This document shows positions 26,917 through 36,315 of a stretch of 64,000 bases of DNA, in pieces. The stretch is from Eubacteriales bacterium. Its GTDB lineage: Bacteria; Bacillota; Clostridia; Oscillospirales; QAKW01. The stretch's first letter is position 1; each line of letters begins with the position of its first letter. The DNA is taken from NCBI GenBank assembly GCA_045546995.1, contig JAZQDW010000008.1, forward strand, positions 3,253-67,252. The letters are read 5' to 3'. Made by a program: the position numbers and the translations under genes. The notes below the pieces were generated by a model. The model saw only the letters and a program-made list of their open reading frames with translations. It had not been told where the DNA came from and searched no databases.

Positions 26917-27639
26917 TTAATACATTTTAGCGTTGTTTTCGTAAATGGTGGCATCCAATCCGTGAGCCTTGGCAAAGGCCTTGCCTTCGGCGGCCCACAG
27001 CATACCCCGTTCCATCAGCGTGGCGGCGTTGGGAGATTTTTCAAACACGTCGTCGTGATGCCCCAGCGAGCAGTAAAAGACCCGACCCGTGCCCCAGTAT
27101 TTTGTCCACGCCACCGGCATATCCACCGGCTTGTTGGCGGCGTGATAATAATTCACTGCGGGAAAGCGGGTGGTTGCCAGCACCTCGATGGCGGGATCTA
27201 CGTGGAGATAGTAGTGCTCCGAGCAGACCTCGAAATCTGACAATCCCTCGGTGATGGGGCTTGATCCGTGGCAAATGTTGACGGTATAATTCACTCCGTC
27301 GCCGCCGGGATGGGATACCCATTGCCCGCCGGTGATAAATTGCCATTCCACCGACTCCCGAAAGGCGTCGCACATACCGCCGTGGCAACCGGCCATGCCT
27401 ACGCCGTGTCCGATGGCATAGGAAAGATTTTTTTCATATTCCCGTGGCAGTTTGCCCCCAGTGTGGCAGGCCACGATCAGATCGTAGGTCAGTAGCGCCT
27501 CTCTGTCGGCCAGACAATCCAGCGTATCAAAGATTTCGGCGCTGATGCCGTGCTTTTCCAGCATAGCGGCAAAACGAACCGACGTAAGTTCAGGTTGATG
27601 GCCGTCCCAGCCACCACGAAAAATCAATGCTTTTTTCAA
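26917..27639 (-). CDS. ThuA-domain protein (trehalose-utilisation-like)
   Basis: 240 aa starting MKKALIFRGGWDGHQP..., with HGGMCDAF...W.SHPGG. It is frequently paired with Gfo/Idh/MocA genes. Confidence 0.75.
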   Translation of the reverse strand: MKKALIFRGGWDGHQPELTSVRFAAMLEKHGISAEIFDTLDCLADREALLTYDLIVACHTGGKLPREYEKNLSYAIGHGVGMAGCHGGMCDAFRESVEWQFITGGQWVSHPGGDGVNYTVNICHGSSPITEGLSDFEVCSEHYYLHVDPAIEVLATTRFPAVNYYHAANKPVDMPVAWTKYWGTGRVFYCSLGHHDDVFEKSPNAATLMERGMLWAAEGKAFAKAHGLDATIYENNAKMY

Positions 27640-27743
27640 GACAGATCCCTCCTTTTGCTTTCAGTTTATCAACGGATGGTTGCAAAAACAAGAAATTTCC
27701 GTTATAATATCAGACGAAAGTTCAGTTTTAAAGGAGGATCGCC

Positions 27744-28538
27744 GTGCAATATGAGATGACAAGATCCAGAGAAAACCATTATTTTTCCATTTCAACGCAA
27801 ACAAACGTTGATTTCAACTTCCCCCTGCATTTTCACAAAAGCTTTGAGGTGCTGTTCGTGGAGCGAGGAGAGCAGATCGTGCAGATTGACGGCGTAGACT
27901 TTGCCGTATGCGGCGGTGAGGCGGCGCTGATTTTGCCGGGGCAGCTTCACTCCTACCGCACCGAAAGGGGTTCGGAAATTTGGATCTGTATTTTCTCCGC
28001 CGATTTTATGCCGGATCTGGCAAAATATGTCGAACAGGGGCAGAAACACGATCCGATCTTTTCTGCGGCGGGATTTTCCTTGCCGCAATTTACGGCGTTA
28101 CAGGAAAACAGGTTTGCCATCAAGGCCGAATTGTATCAGCTTGCCACCCGTTATACGGCCGGACCGCCGGCTCCGATCCTTGACAAGCGGCGGGAGCCGC
28201 TGTTGTACGAGCTTGTACGGTACGTTGACGGACATTTTACCGAGCCGCTGACGCTGCAACGGTTGGCGACCCATTTCGGGTATAATTACCGCTATCTTTC
28301 GGGTGTTATCAATCGGGCCTTCGGCATTTCCTTTTCCGGGGTGTTGCGGCAATACCGGGTGGATCTTGCCTGTCGTCTGCTGCGGGAGAGCGATGCCGCC
28401 GTTACAGAAATTGCGGGGCGATGTGGCTTTGAAACGTTGCGAAGCTTTAACCGCAGCTTTAAAGCGGAGACCGGCCTGACCCCTACGGAATACAGAAAGC
28501 AGGCTCGTTTTGCAAAAATCGACAAATGCAACATATAA
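27744..28538 (+). CDS. AraC-family transcriptional regulator (cupin + HTH)
   Basis: 264 aa. GTG start with AAGGAGG 6 nt upstream. The C-terminal AraC HTH is ...EIAGRCGFETLRSFNRSFKAETGLTPTEYR. Confidence 0.85.
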   Translation: MQYEMTRSRENHYFSISTQTNVDFNFPLHFHKSFEVLFVERGEQIVQIDGVDFAVCGGEAALILPGQLHSYRTERGSEIWICIFSADFMPDLAKYVEQGQKHDPIFSAAGFSLPQFTALQENRFAIKAELYQLATRYTAGPPAPILDKRREPLLYELVRYVDGHFTEPLTLQRLATHFGYNYRYLSGVINRAFGISFSGVLRQYRVDLACRLLRESDAAVTEIAGRCGFETLRSFNRSFKAETGLTPTEYRKQARFAKIDKCNI

Positions 28539-28544
28539 ATAAAG

Positions 28545-28583
28545 CCCCCTCCCTTGGGCGTTCCACCCAAGGGAGGGGGTTTG
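28545..28583 (+). terminator. terminator of the AraC gene
   Basis: CCCCCTCCCTTGGG-cgttcca-CCCAAGGGAGGGGG followed by TTT. Confidence 0.75.
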
Positions 28584-28613
28584 TCAGTTCGGGGCGATCG
28601 CTTATTATAATAC

Positions 28614-28650
28614 GAAAATATCCTCCCGTTTTTTGCGGGAGGATATTTGT
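28614..28650 (-). terminator. terminator of the lipoprotein/kinase operon
   Basis: AAATATCCTCCCG-ttttttg-CGGGAGGATATTT. Confidence 0.65.
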
Positions 28651-28652
28651 GA

Positions 28653-29126
28653 TCAATGATGGTGCTCCGCTGAGGAAAAGTTGGCCAGGAAAAAGGTGTC
28701 GGCGCCTTTGATGGTGGACAGACTGACCGTGCCCCGTTTCAGGTGCCAGTGGGCGGTGGCGTCCTCCCCTTCGGAGGCGCCGTAGACCTTGTCCATGGCG
28801 GCCCGGGTGGCCTTCATACCCTCTGCCAGACTTTCGCCCTCGTTGAGGAAGATCTGTACGGTGATGTTGGTCAGCCGATCATCGGCGGAGAAAACGTATC
28901 CCACCGAAACGGTACGGTCGCCAAAGACCGTCAGCTCCTTGGTTTGCATCCAATTGAGCACTTGCTCGGATTCACCTTTGATAATGTTTTTCTCGCCTTC
29001 CGCCGCTGTCAGCTCGGCCTTGGTCATATCCCACTTTGCCTTGTGCAATACCCGATCGCCTGTGTTACAGCCGGAAACCAGACACAGCATCACAGCCAAC
29101 AGGATGCAAATGATACGTTTTTTCAT
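28653..29126 (-). CDS. hypothetical lipoprotein
   Basis: 157 aa with signal peptide and lipobox LVSGC. Its start overlaps the stop of the upstream kinase gene. Confidence 0.6.
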   Translation of the reverse strand: MKKRIICILLAVMLCLVSGCNTGDRVLHKAKWDMTKAELTAAEGEKNIIKGESEQVLNWMQTKELTVFGDRTVSVGYVFSADDRLTNITVQIFLNEGESLAEGMKATRAAMDKVYGASEGEDATAHWHLKRGTVSLSTIKGADTFFLANFSSAEHHH

Positions 29127-30754
29127 GCTTTTTTCTCCTTAATCGCCGTTACTTTTTTCATAATACTTTCATATCCGCCCATCACCTCGCACAGCCGCAG
29201 ATACTCGCCGTACAATTCCTGATAAACGTCTCTGGCCAGAAAATCGGCGTAATAACGCCGAAAATCGCTGCTGCACATATCCGTCAGCGTCTTTTCCGCC
29301 TTTTGCTCGGTCAGGGTGAAGGCGCCCTGGATGGCGCTGCCCAACGCGCAGGCATCCTCCGAGGTGCATGCCAGGATCTCACAGTTGAGCACGTCCGCCA
29401 AAATCTGGCAAAACAGCTCGTTTTTGCGGGGAATACCGCCGGTGCAGAATACCCGGGATACCTTGTGCCCGTGCTCCTCGTAAATTTCTTTGATTCGTCT
29501 GGCGCCGAAGGCCGCCGCCTCCAGATGGGCGCGATAGATTTCTTCGGGCTTGGTGTGATTGGTCATACCGACCAATGCGCCGGTGAGGGAATAATCCATC
29601 AACGGGGTACGAACGCCGCCGCACCAATCCAATGCCAGCAGGCCGCTTTCGCCTGCCTTGCATTGCTCGGCCAGTTTGGACAGATGGGTGTGGATGTCCA
29701 CGCCCTCCGCTTTGGCTGCCTTGTGATAGCTTTGGGGCACGAAGGTGTTGACAAAATAATCAAAGGTGTCTCCCACCGAGGTCGAGCCGCCCTCGTGACC
29801 GTAGGTATCCGGCAGGAAGCAATGGGCGGAGGAGGAATAAATGCCGGGCATTCCCGTATCCGAATGGGAGCACAGCAGGGCGACGCCGCTGGTCCCCATA
29901 ACCAGTACCATATCTCCCGGCTTGCCGCCCACGGCGGCCATGGCGGCGTGGGCATCCACCTGCGGCGCGACCACCTGCACGGTGGGCTCCAGCCCCAAGA
30001 TCTCCGCCATTTGCGGGTTGAGAGTGCCGACGCAGGCGCCTACGGGCAATACCTTACCCTTGATTTTCTGTAATACCTTGCCGAATCCGTTGGCGACCGC
30101 TTCAAAATAGTCGTTTTCGGGGTACCCGCGGAAGGGATGATAAAACCGTTTAAAGCAGGCAACGCTCTCGGCGGTGCACAGCTTACCGGTCAACAGCATG
30201 GTCAGCCATTCTCCCACCTCGGCAAAGCAGAGGGTGTTGTCAAAAACGGCGCGGTCATACTCAAAGGTCTCCAACACCTTGGGAAAGAAGGTTTCGGCAT
30301 TGACCTTGCCCCCCAGATCGGACAAAAACCGCTGTCCCTGCTGGACGGCGATCTGCTGCAGACGCTCGGCCTGCGGCGCGGTGGTGTGATGCTTCCATAA
30401 TTTAATATAGGCGTGGGGACTGTTTTTAAACCGATCGTTAAAGCACAGGGGCATACCGCCCTGTCCCAACGGGATGACACTGCAGGAGGTGGCGTCCAGA
30501 CCGATGGACACGATCTCCTCCCGGTCGACGGCCTTTGCTACCGTGGTGATGACGCTTTGCAGGGCCTTCATATAATCTGCCGGATGAGCGTAGGCGCTGT
30601 TTTGCGGCAGGCGGCTGCCATCGGGCATAGCATTCATAATTTTATGAGGATAGGCGTAAGTGGCGCGTGCCATAACATTGCCGTCCTCAACGTTGACCAG
30701 AACGGCGCGGGCACTTAAGGTGCCGAAATCGACACCGATGCTGTATTTTGCCAT
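29123..30754 (-). CDS. araB: FGGY-family carbohydrate kinase, ribulokinase-like
   Basis: 543 aa from MAKYSIGVDFGTLSARAVLV... with FGGY N- and C-domains. The ORF-track start at 31072 adds 106 aa that run through the divergent promoter and into the neighbouring gene, so I rejected it. Confidence 0.7.
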   Translation of the reverse strand: MAKYSIGVDFGTLSARAVLVNVEDGNVMARATYAYPHKIMNAMPDGSRLPQNSAYAHPADYMKALQSVITTVAKAVDREEIVSIGLDATSCSVIPLGQGGMPLCFNDRFKNSPHAYIKLWKHHTTAPQAERLQQIAVQQGQRFLSDLGGKVNAETFFPKVLETFEYDRAVFDNTLCFAEVGEWLTMLLTGKLCTAESVACFKRFYHPFRGYPENDYFEAVANGFGKVLQKIKGKVLPVGACVGTLNPQMAEILGLEPTVQVVAPQVDAHAAMAAVGGKPGDMVLVMGTSGVALLCSHSDTGMPGIYSSSAHCFLPDTYGHEGGSTSVGDTFDYFVNTFVPQSYHKAAKAEGVDIHTHLSKLAEQCKAGESGLLALDWCGGVRTPLMDYSLTGALVGMTNHTKPEEIYRAHLEAAAFGARRIKEIYEEHGHKVSRVFCTGGIPRKNELFCQILADVLNCEILACTSEDACALGSAIQGAFTLTEQKAEKTLTDMCSSDFRRYYADFLARDVYQELYGEYLRLCEVMGGYESIMKKVTAIKEKKA

Positions 30755-30853
30755 AAAGATACCCCTTTCTGTGAGTTTGATATTTTTATTATAGAGAATT
30801 TTTCCTTTAATTGCAATCATATATTTTATCAAAACCGAAAAGGAGAGGATAAA

Positions 30854-32128
30854 ATGTTGATTTATACGGTCAAAGCGGGGGATACGCTCGAAGAGATCTG
30901 TCAGCGTTTTGAGGTGGCGGCGGCGCAGGTCATCGCCATCAACGATCTGTCGCGGCCGGAGGTGCTGGCGGTGGGACAGAGCCTTATTTTGCCCACGGCC
31001 ACCCATCCCTATACCGTCAAGACGGGGGAAACGCTGGGGCAGATCGCCAATCGGCTGGGACAATCGTTGCAACTGTTGTATGCGGACAATCCGGCGTTGC
31101 GTACTCGTCCTCTATTGGCGGACGAGACTATTTTTGTCCGACAGCCCCCCGCCAAACGGGGCACGCTGGAGGTCAACGGCTATGCTTATCCGCAGATCGA
31201 GGCGGGTCTGTTGGAACGGACGTTGCCGTATTTGACCTATCTGACGATTTTCAGCTACGGCGCCCGCGCCGACGGCGGGCTGGTATCGGTAGAGGATAGG
31301 GCGTTGATCACGGCGGCGCGGGCGGCCGGGGTAGCGCCGGTGATGCTGTTGTCCACCATCGGAGAGGACGGCACCTTCAATTCCGAGGTGGCGCGATCGG
31401 TGTTGACCGATGCGACGCTGCAGCAAAAACTCATCGAAAACGTGGCCGCCACCCTGCGGCAAAAGCAGTATGCGGCGGTGGACGTGGACTTTGAGTTTAT
31501 TCCGGTCGAATTGGGGCGGGAATACGCCGCATTTATTGAAAATCTGACGAGAGCCGTGGCGCCGGCCAAAGTGCTGGTGGCCTTGGCGCCCAAGACCTCC
31601 GCCCAACAAAAGGGTCTGCTGTACGAGGCCCACGATTACGCCCTGCTGGGGGCGGCGGCGCAACGGGCGCTGTTGATGACCTACGAATGGGGCTACACCT
31701 ACGGCCCGCCCATGGCAGTGGCGCCGCTGGACGGGGTGCGGTCGGTGTTGGAATATGCAGTCAGCGCCATTCCGCCGGAAAAACTGTTGATGGGGATCCC
31801 CAACTATGCTTACGATTGGCCCTTGCCCTTCGTTCGTGGGAAAAGCGCCGCCCGCAGTCTGGGCAACGGGCAGGCGGCGCTGTTGGCCGGGGAGATGGGG
31901 GCGGAGATCTTTTTTGATCGGAAGGCTGCCTCCCCCACCTTTACCTATTATGCCGACGGCGCGGCGCATGAGGTGTGGTTTGAGGATGCCCGCAGTGTGC
32001 AGGCCAAGCTGGGGCTGGTGGAGGAATTTAAATTGCAGGGGGTGGGCGTTTGGAATATGATGCGCCCCTTCGGAGCGATGTGGTATTTGCTGGATTACTA
32101 CTATAAAATCGCAAAGCTGCCGTTGTAA
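30854..32128 (+). CDS. 2x LysM + GH18 glycosyl hydrolase (YaaH/SleL-like spore peptidoglycan hydrolase)
   Basis: 424 aa. Two LysM repeats (YTVKAGDTLEEICQRF..., YTVKTGETLGQIANRL...). The GH18 catalytic motif is DVDFEF (DxDxE). Confidence 0.8.
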   Translation: MLIYTVKAGDTLEEICQRFEVAAAQVIAINDLSRPEVLAVGQSLILPTATHPYTVKTGETLGQIANRLGQSLQLLYADNPALRTRPLLADETIFVRQPPAKRGTLEVNGYAYPQIEAGLLERTLPYLTYLTIFSYGARADGGLVSVEDRALITAARAAGVAPVMLLSTIGEDGTFNSEVARSVLTDATLQQKLIENVAATLRQKQYAAVDVDFEFIPVELGREYAAFIENLTRAVAPAKVLVALAPKTSAQQKGLLYEAHDYALLGAAAQRALLMTYEWGYTYGPPMAVAPLDGVRSVLEYAVSAIPPEKLLMGIPNYAYDWPLPFVRGKSAARSLGNGQAALLAGEMGAEIFFDRKAASPTFTYYADGAAHEVWFEDARSVQAKLGLVEEFKLQGVGVWNMMRPFGAMWYLLDYYYKIAKLPL

Positions 32129-32132
32129 ATAC

Positions 32133-32161
32133 TTGCTTTTACGCTGACGACGGAGTATAAT
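32133..32161 (+). promoter_or_regulatory. sigma-A type promoter
   Basis: TTGCTT, 17-nt spacer, TATAAT, upstream of the MBL-fold gene. Confidence 0.45.
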
Positions 32162-32194
32162 GGCAGAGAAGAAAAGAAAAGCGAGGAAATACGA

Positions 32195-32959
32195 TTGGCA
32201 ACCTTTATTTCACTATATTCGGGCAGTAAGGGCAACGCCGGCGTGGTCCTGTCCGACAGCGGCACGGCGTTGCTGTTGGATTGCGGCGTCAGCCTGCGCC
32301 GATTGACCGGCGCGCTGGCGGCGGTGGGGCTCAGCCCCGAGAAGCTGGCCGGCGTGCTGTTGACCCACGAGCACAGCGATCATATCAGCGGATTGAGCGT
32401 GCTGTTACGGCATTACGATCTGCCCGTGTACTGTAACCGTCGCACGGCATTGGCCATTCCGTTTATCAGCGAGCAAGCGGTGGTGGCCGAAAACGTCACC
32501 TTTACTGTGGGGGATATTCAGGTCACCCGGTTTTCCACCTATCACGATGCCGCCGGCCCTTGCGGCTACAGCTTTGTGACGGATGGGGTCAAGCTGGCGG
32601 CGCTGACCGATTGCGGCTGTGTGGACAGTGTGATCCTGTCCCATATTCAGGGCTGTGAGATGCTGTATATCGAATCCAATTACGATGAAACCATGCTGCA
32701 AAACGGCCCTTATCCTCCGGTGTTGCAACGGCGGATCCGTTCCTCCCGGGGGCATTTGTCCAATTGCGATTGCGCCGACACGGTGCTCAAGCTGTCTATG
32801 TTGGGGCTGAAAAAGGTAATGCTGGGACACGTCAGCGAGAATAACAACACCTATATGCTGGCCGGCGCCACTACCATGGATCCCTTGCGGCGCTTCGGTT
32901 TGCCGGTGGAAGTGGCCGTGGCGGACGAGAGCGATACGCCGACGGTAATGGAGGTATAA
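32195..32959 (+). CDS. MBL-fold metallo-hydrolase (YycJ/WalJ-like)
   Basis: 254 aa. TTG start with GAGGAAA upstream, and the HEHSDH (HxHxDH) motif. Confidence 0.8.
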   Translation: MATFISLYSGSKGNAGVVLSDSGTALLLDCGVSLRRLTGALAAVGLSPEKLAGVLLTHEHSDHISGLSVLLRHYDLPVYCNRRTALAIPFISEQAVVAENVTFTVGDIQVTRFSTYHDAAGPCGYSFVTDGVKLAALTDCGCVDSVILSHIQGCEMLYIESNYDETMLQNGPYPPVLQRRIRSSRGHLSNCDCADTVLKLSMLGLKKVMLGHVSENNNTYMLAGATTMDPLRRFGLPVEVAVADESDTPTVMEV

Positions 32960-32960
32960 A

Positions 32961-33437
32961 ATGGTACGGATCAACGTGATCACCGTGGGGACCTTGAAGG
33001 AAAAATATCTCACCCAGGCGGTGGCGGAATATGCCAAACGGCTGGGGCGGTTTGCCAAAATACAGGTCTGGGAGCTGAGTGAGGCGTATCTGCCCCCCTC
33101 GCCTTCTGAAGCAGACGTGCAAAAGGCGCTGGAGCGGGAGGCGGACGCCATTTTGAAAAAGCTCTCCCCGGAGGGCACCCATATTGCCCTGTGCGTGGAG
33201 GGTAAAATGAAAAGCAGTGAGGAATTTGCCGCAATGATCGATACGGCGGCCTCCCGGGGCGCCATCGATCTGGTCATCGGCTCCTCCCACGGGCTGAGCG
33301 AACGGGTCAAGCAGGCCTGCGCGATCCGCCTGTCCTTTTCTCCCATGACCTTTCCCCATCAATTGATGCGGGTGATGCTGTTTGAACAGCTTTATCGCGC
33401 TTTCAAGATCCTGCGCGGCGAAAATTATCATAAATAA
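32961..33437 (+). CDS. rlmH: 23S rRNA (pseudouridine1915-N3)-methyltransferase
   Basis: 158 aa SPOUT fold: MVRINVITVGTLKEKYL...LVIGSSHGLS...SFSPMTFPHQLMRVMLFEQLYRAF. Confidence 0.9.
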   Translation: MVRINVITVGTLKEKYLTQAVAEYAKRLGRFAKIQVWELSEAYLPPSPSEADVQKALEREADAILKKLSPEGTHIALCVEGKMKSSEEFAAMIDTAASRGAIDLVIGSSHGLSERVKQACAIRLSFSPMTFPHQLMRVMLFEQLYRAFKILRGENYHK

Positions 33438-33472
33438 AAAAGAGTGGACGGCTGTACCGTCCACTCTTTTGT
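33436..33472 (+). terminator. rlmH terminator
   Basis: AGAGTGGACGG-ctgta-CCGTCCACTCT followed by TTT. Confidence 0.8.
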
Positions 33473-33764
33473 TGTAACCGAAAACCACGCGATCGTCGCG
33501 TGGCCCGATAGAGCTTTAGCGATGAGCAGGAAAAAGAACGGTCTAAAGAAGGAGCGGAGGGCAACTTGTGCCTCGCCTCCCTCTGACGAGGGAGGTGGAT
33601 TTTTGCGTAGCAAAAAGACGGAGGGAGAGAGGATAGGGGCAGAATGGGAAGTTTCGTTATCTCTCCCTCAGTCCTCGCTGACGCTCGGACAGCTCCCTCG
33701 TCAGAGGGAGCCAAGGCAGGCTGTGCAGCCCATTTATGAGCAGCTAGTAATCAATGCACGGCTG
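33473..33764 (+). repeat. 292-bp hairpin-rich interspersed element, copy B
   Basis: Same orientation as copy A and about 96% identical to it. It starts immediately after a terminator T-run, as copy A does. Confidence 0.9.
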
Positions 33765-33916
33765 GCAGGCCAATAAAAAGCACACCCCGGTGCTGCCAGT
33801 AGTATTAGGGCAATGCCCGAAAATGAACCCCCCCCCGCTATGGGGGGATATTTATTGCTCTTGTAAACGGGCGCAACTTGTGATAAGATAAAACAAACAC
33901 AGTGGGAGGGATTTAC

Positions 33917-35020
33917 ATGGATTATCTGCAAAAGCTTACGCACCATTATACCACCGAAAAGGGATGGGTCAACGATCCCAACGGGCTGGTATATTTTGAG
34001 GGATATTATCACGTGTTTTATCAGCACGCGCCCCATCACGAGATTCCGTGGAAAGAGCCGATGCACTGGGGCCACGCCCGCACCAAGGACTTTATCAACT
34101 GGGAGGAACTGCCTGTGGCGCTGTTTCCCGATGCGGACTATGATCGGGACGGATGTTGGTCGGGCACGGCCATCGTAAAGGACGGTCTGCTGTACCTCTT
34201 TTACGCCTCCGTCAAAAAAGTGCCGGGGGAAGAAAAATCCCGCCAGACAGTCAGCATCGCCACCTCTGCCGACGGCATTCATTTTAAAAAATACGAAAAA
34301 AATCCCGTCATCGATCATTTCCCCGCCGACGGCGGCCCGGATTTCCGTGATCCGGCGGTATGTGAGATCGACGGCGTATATTACTGCGTTATGGCCTCGG
34401 GCAATCCCGCAAAACAGACGGGCAATCTGTTACTGTATCGGAGTGAAGATCTGCTGAACTGGGAATATCGGGGCGTTATGTGCGAATGGGAGGGCTGTCG
34501 GTATTGCGAATGTCCCTCCTTTATGCAAGCGGGAGACAAATACCTGCTGACCGCCTCGGTCTGTCCGTTGGATCATACCCACTATTTTTCCGTAATGTAC
34601 GGCAGCTTTGCAAACGAAAAGTTCACCCCGGAGGTAACAAGCGAGGTGGACAAAGGCCCCGATCAATACGCCGGTCAGGCCTTTACCGATCCGCAGGGGC
34701 GCAATATTCTGATCGCCTGGGCGCCCGGCTGGAAATACAAGGGCTACGCCGCTCGTGACGTAGGCTGTATGTCCCTGCCAAGAGAGCTGAAACTGCAAAA
34801 CGGCCGCATTACCGGATACCCCATCGAAGAGGTGGCGCATCTGCTGACCGACAGCGATCCGGCGCTGGAGCGTACCGCCGACGGTTTTATTATCCGCCGC
34901 ACGGGGCGGGAGCCGGTGGTGTACACGGGGGAGATCCGTGAGCTGAAGCTGCTACGGGACGAATATATTTTAGAAGTCTTTATCAACGGCGGTGAAGAGG
35001 TGTTCACCGTTTTGCTGTGA
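33917..35020 (+). CDS. GH32 beta-fructofuranosidase / sucrose-6-phosphate hydrolase-like
   Basis: 367 aa. All three GH32 catalytic motifs are present: WVNDPNG, FRDP and CECP. Start at MDYLQKL, with GGGAGGG upstream. Confidence 0.85.
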   Translation: MDYLQKLTHHYTTEKGWVNDPNGLVYFEGYYHVFYQHAPHHEIPWKEPMHWGHARTKDFINWEELPVALFPDADYDRDGCWSGTAIVKDGLLYLFYASVKKVPGEEKSRQTVSIATSADGIHFKKYEKNPVIDHFPADGGPDFRDPAVCEIDGVYYCVMASGNPAKQTGNLLLYRSEDLLNWEYRGVMCEWEGCRYCECPSFMQAGDKYLLTASVCPLDHTHYFSVMYGSFANEKFTPEVTSEVDKGPDQYAGQAFTDPQGRNILIAWAPGWKYKGYAARDVGCMSLPRELKLQNGRITGYPIEEVAHLLTDSDPALERTADGFIIRRTGREPVVYTGEIRELKLLRDEYILEVFINGGEEVFTVLL

Positions 35021-35028
35021 GGTATACT

Positions 35029-36315
35029 ATGAGTAAAAAATTTACCGGCCGCTTTTGGGCGGCGCTGATCATCTTTTCCCTGGTGGGACAGGTGGCATGG
35101 GTGGTGGAGAATATGTATTTCAACGTCTTTATCTACAAGATGTTTTCCGCCTCTCCTGCCGCCATCTCCGCTATGGTGGCCGCCTCTGCCGTGGCCGCCA
35201 CGCTGACCACCTTATTGATGGGCGCCCTGAGTGATAAACTCGGCAAGCGCAAGCTGTTTATCTGCGGCGGCTATATCGCCTGGGGTATTTCCATCGCCGC
35301 CTTTGCCCTGATCCGTATGGATATTTTAAGCGCCTTCTGGCAGGGCGCCGCCGCGGCCAGCGTCGGCGTTTCGCTGGTGATCATTTTGGACTGTGTGATG
35401 ACCTTTTTCGGTTCCACCGCCAACGACGCCGCCTTCAACGCCTGGCTGACCGACGCTACCGCCCGGGGCGGTCGGGGCAAGGCCGAAGGCATTAACGCCA
35501 TGATGCCGCTGATGGCCATTTTGGTAGTGTTCGGCGGATTTATGGGTTTTGATCTGTCCACCGCCGACGCCTGGAGCGCCATTTTTCTCATCATCGGCGG
35601 CGTAGTACTGCTGATCGGCATTCTGGGGCTGTTTTTATTGGAGGAAACCGCCGCCAGACAGGAGGAAAACGAGCATTATTTTCAAAATATTTTTTACGGT
35701 TTCCGTCCCCGGATCATTCGGGACAACAAGGAGCTGTATTTCACCCTCCTTGCCTTTGCCGTGTTTGGCATTTCCATCCAGATCTTTATGCCCTATCTCA
35801 TCCTTTATTATACCGAGGCGCTGGGAATGGACAATTACGTTTTCGTGATGGCGCCTGCCATATTGCTGGCCGGCGGTATGACCGCCCTGTACGGCAGGGT
35901 GTACGACCGGCACGGCTTTGTCCCCTCCTTGTTGCCTTCGCTGGCATTACTGGGCGGCGGTTATCTCCTGCTGTATTTTTGCCGCGGCACCGCAACGGTT
36001 TTTGCAGGCAGTTTGCTGATGATGTGCGGCTATCTTTCGGGCAGCGCCGTATTCGGCGCCCACATCCGTACCTGCACCCCTGCCGGTAAGGCCGGTATGT
36101 TTCAGGGCCTGCGCATCGTGGGACAGGTGCTCATTCCCGGTATCATCGGCCCTGCCGTCGGCGCCGCCATCCTGCAAAACGCCGCCACGGTGGTGGGGGA
36201 TGACGGTACCACCGCCTTTATTCCCAATCAAAACATCTTTTTAGGAGCGCTGGTAGCCGCGCTTGTCGTACTGCCGCTGCTGCTTTTATTCAGAAAGGAC
36301 AAACGCCATGCGTGA
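35029..36315 (+). CDS. MFS transporter (glycoside/oligosaccharide-type)
   Basis: About 428 aa and about 12 hydrophobic segments. It lies between GH32 and GH2 genes with overlapping junctions. Confidence 0.8.
   Translation: MSKKFTGRFWAALIIFSLVGQVAWVVENMYFNVFIYKMFSASPAAISAMVAASAVAATLTTLLMGALSDKLGKRKLFICGGYIAWGISIAAFALIRMDILSAFWQGAAAASVGVSLVIILDCVMTFFGSTANDAAFNAWLTDATARGGRGKAEGINAMMPLMAILVVFGGFMGFDLSTADAWSAIFLIIGGVVLLIGILGLFLLEETAARQEENEHYFQNIFYGFRPRIIRDNKELYFTLLAFAVFGISIQIFMPYLILYYTEALGMDNYVFVMAPAILLAGGMTALYGRVYDRHGFVPSLLPSLALLGGGYLLLYFCRGTATVFAGSLLMMCGYLSGSAVFGAHIRTCTPAGKAGMFQGLRIVGQVLIPGIIGPAVGAAILQNAATVVGDDGTTAFIPNQNIFLGALVAALVVLPLLLLFRKDKRHA

Noticed and set aside
30755-31072. N-terminal 106-aa extension of the ribulokinase-like ORF (ORF-track start at 31072)
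   Set aside because: The extension runs through the AT-rich divergent promoter and into the LysM-GH18 gene on the other strand. The kinase family N-terminus (MAKYSIGVDFGT) starts at 30754.
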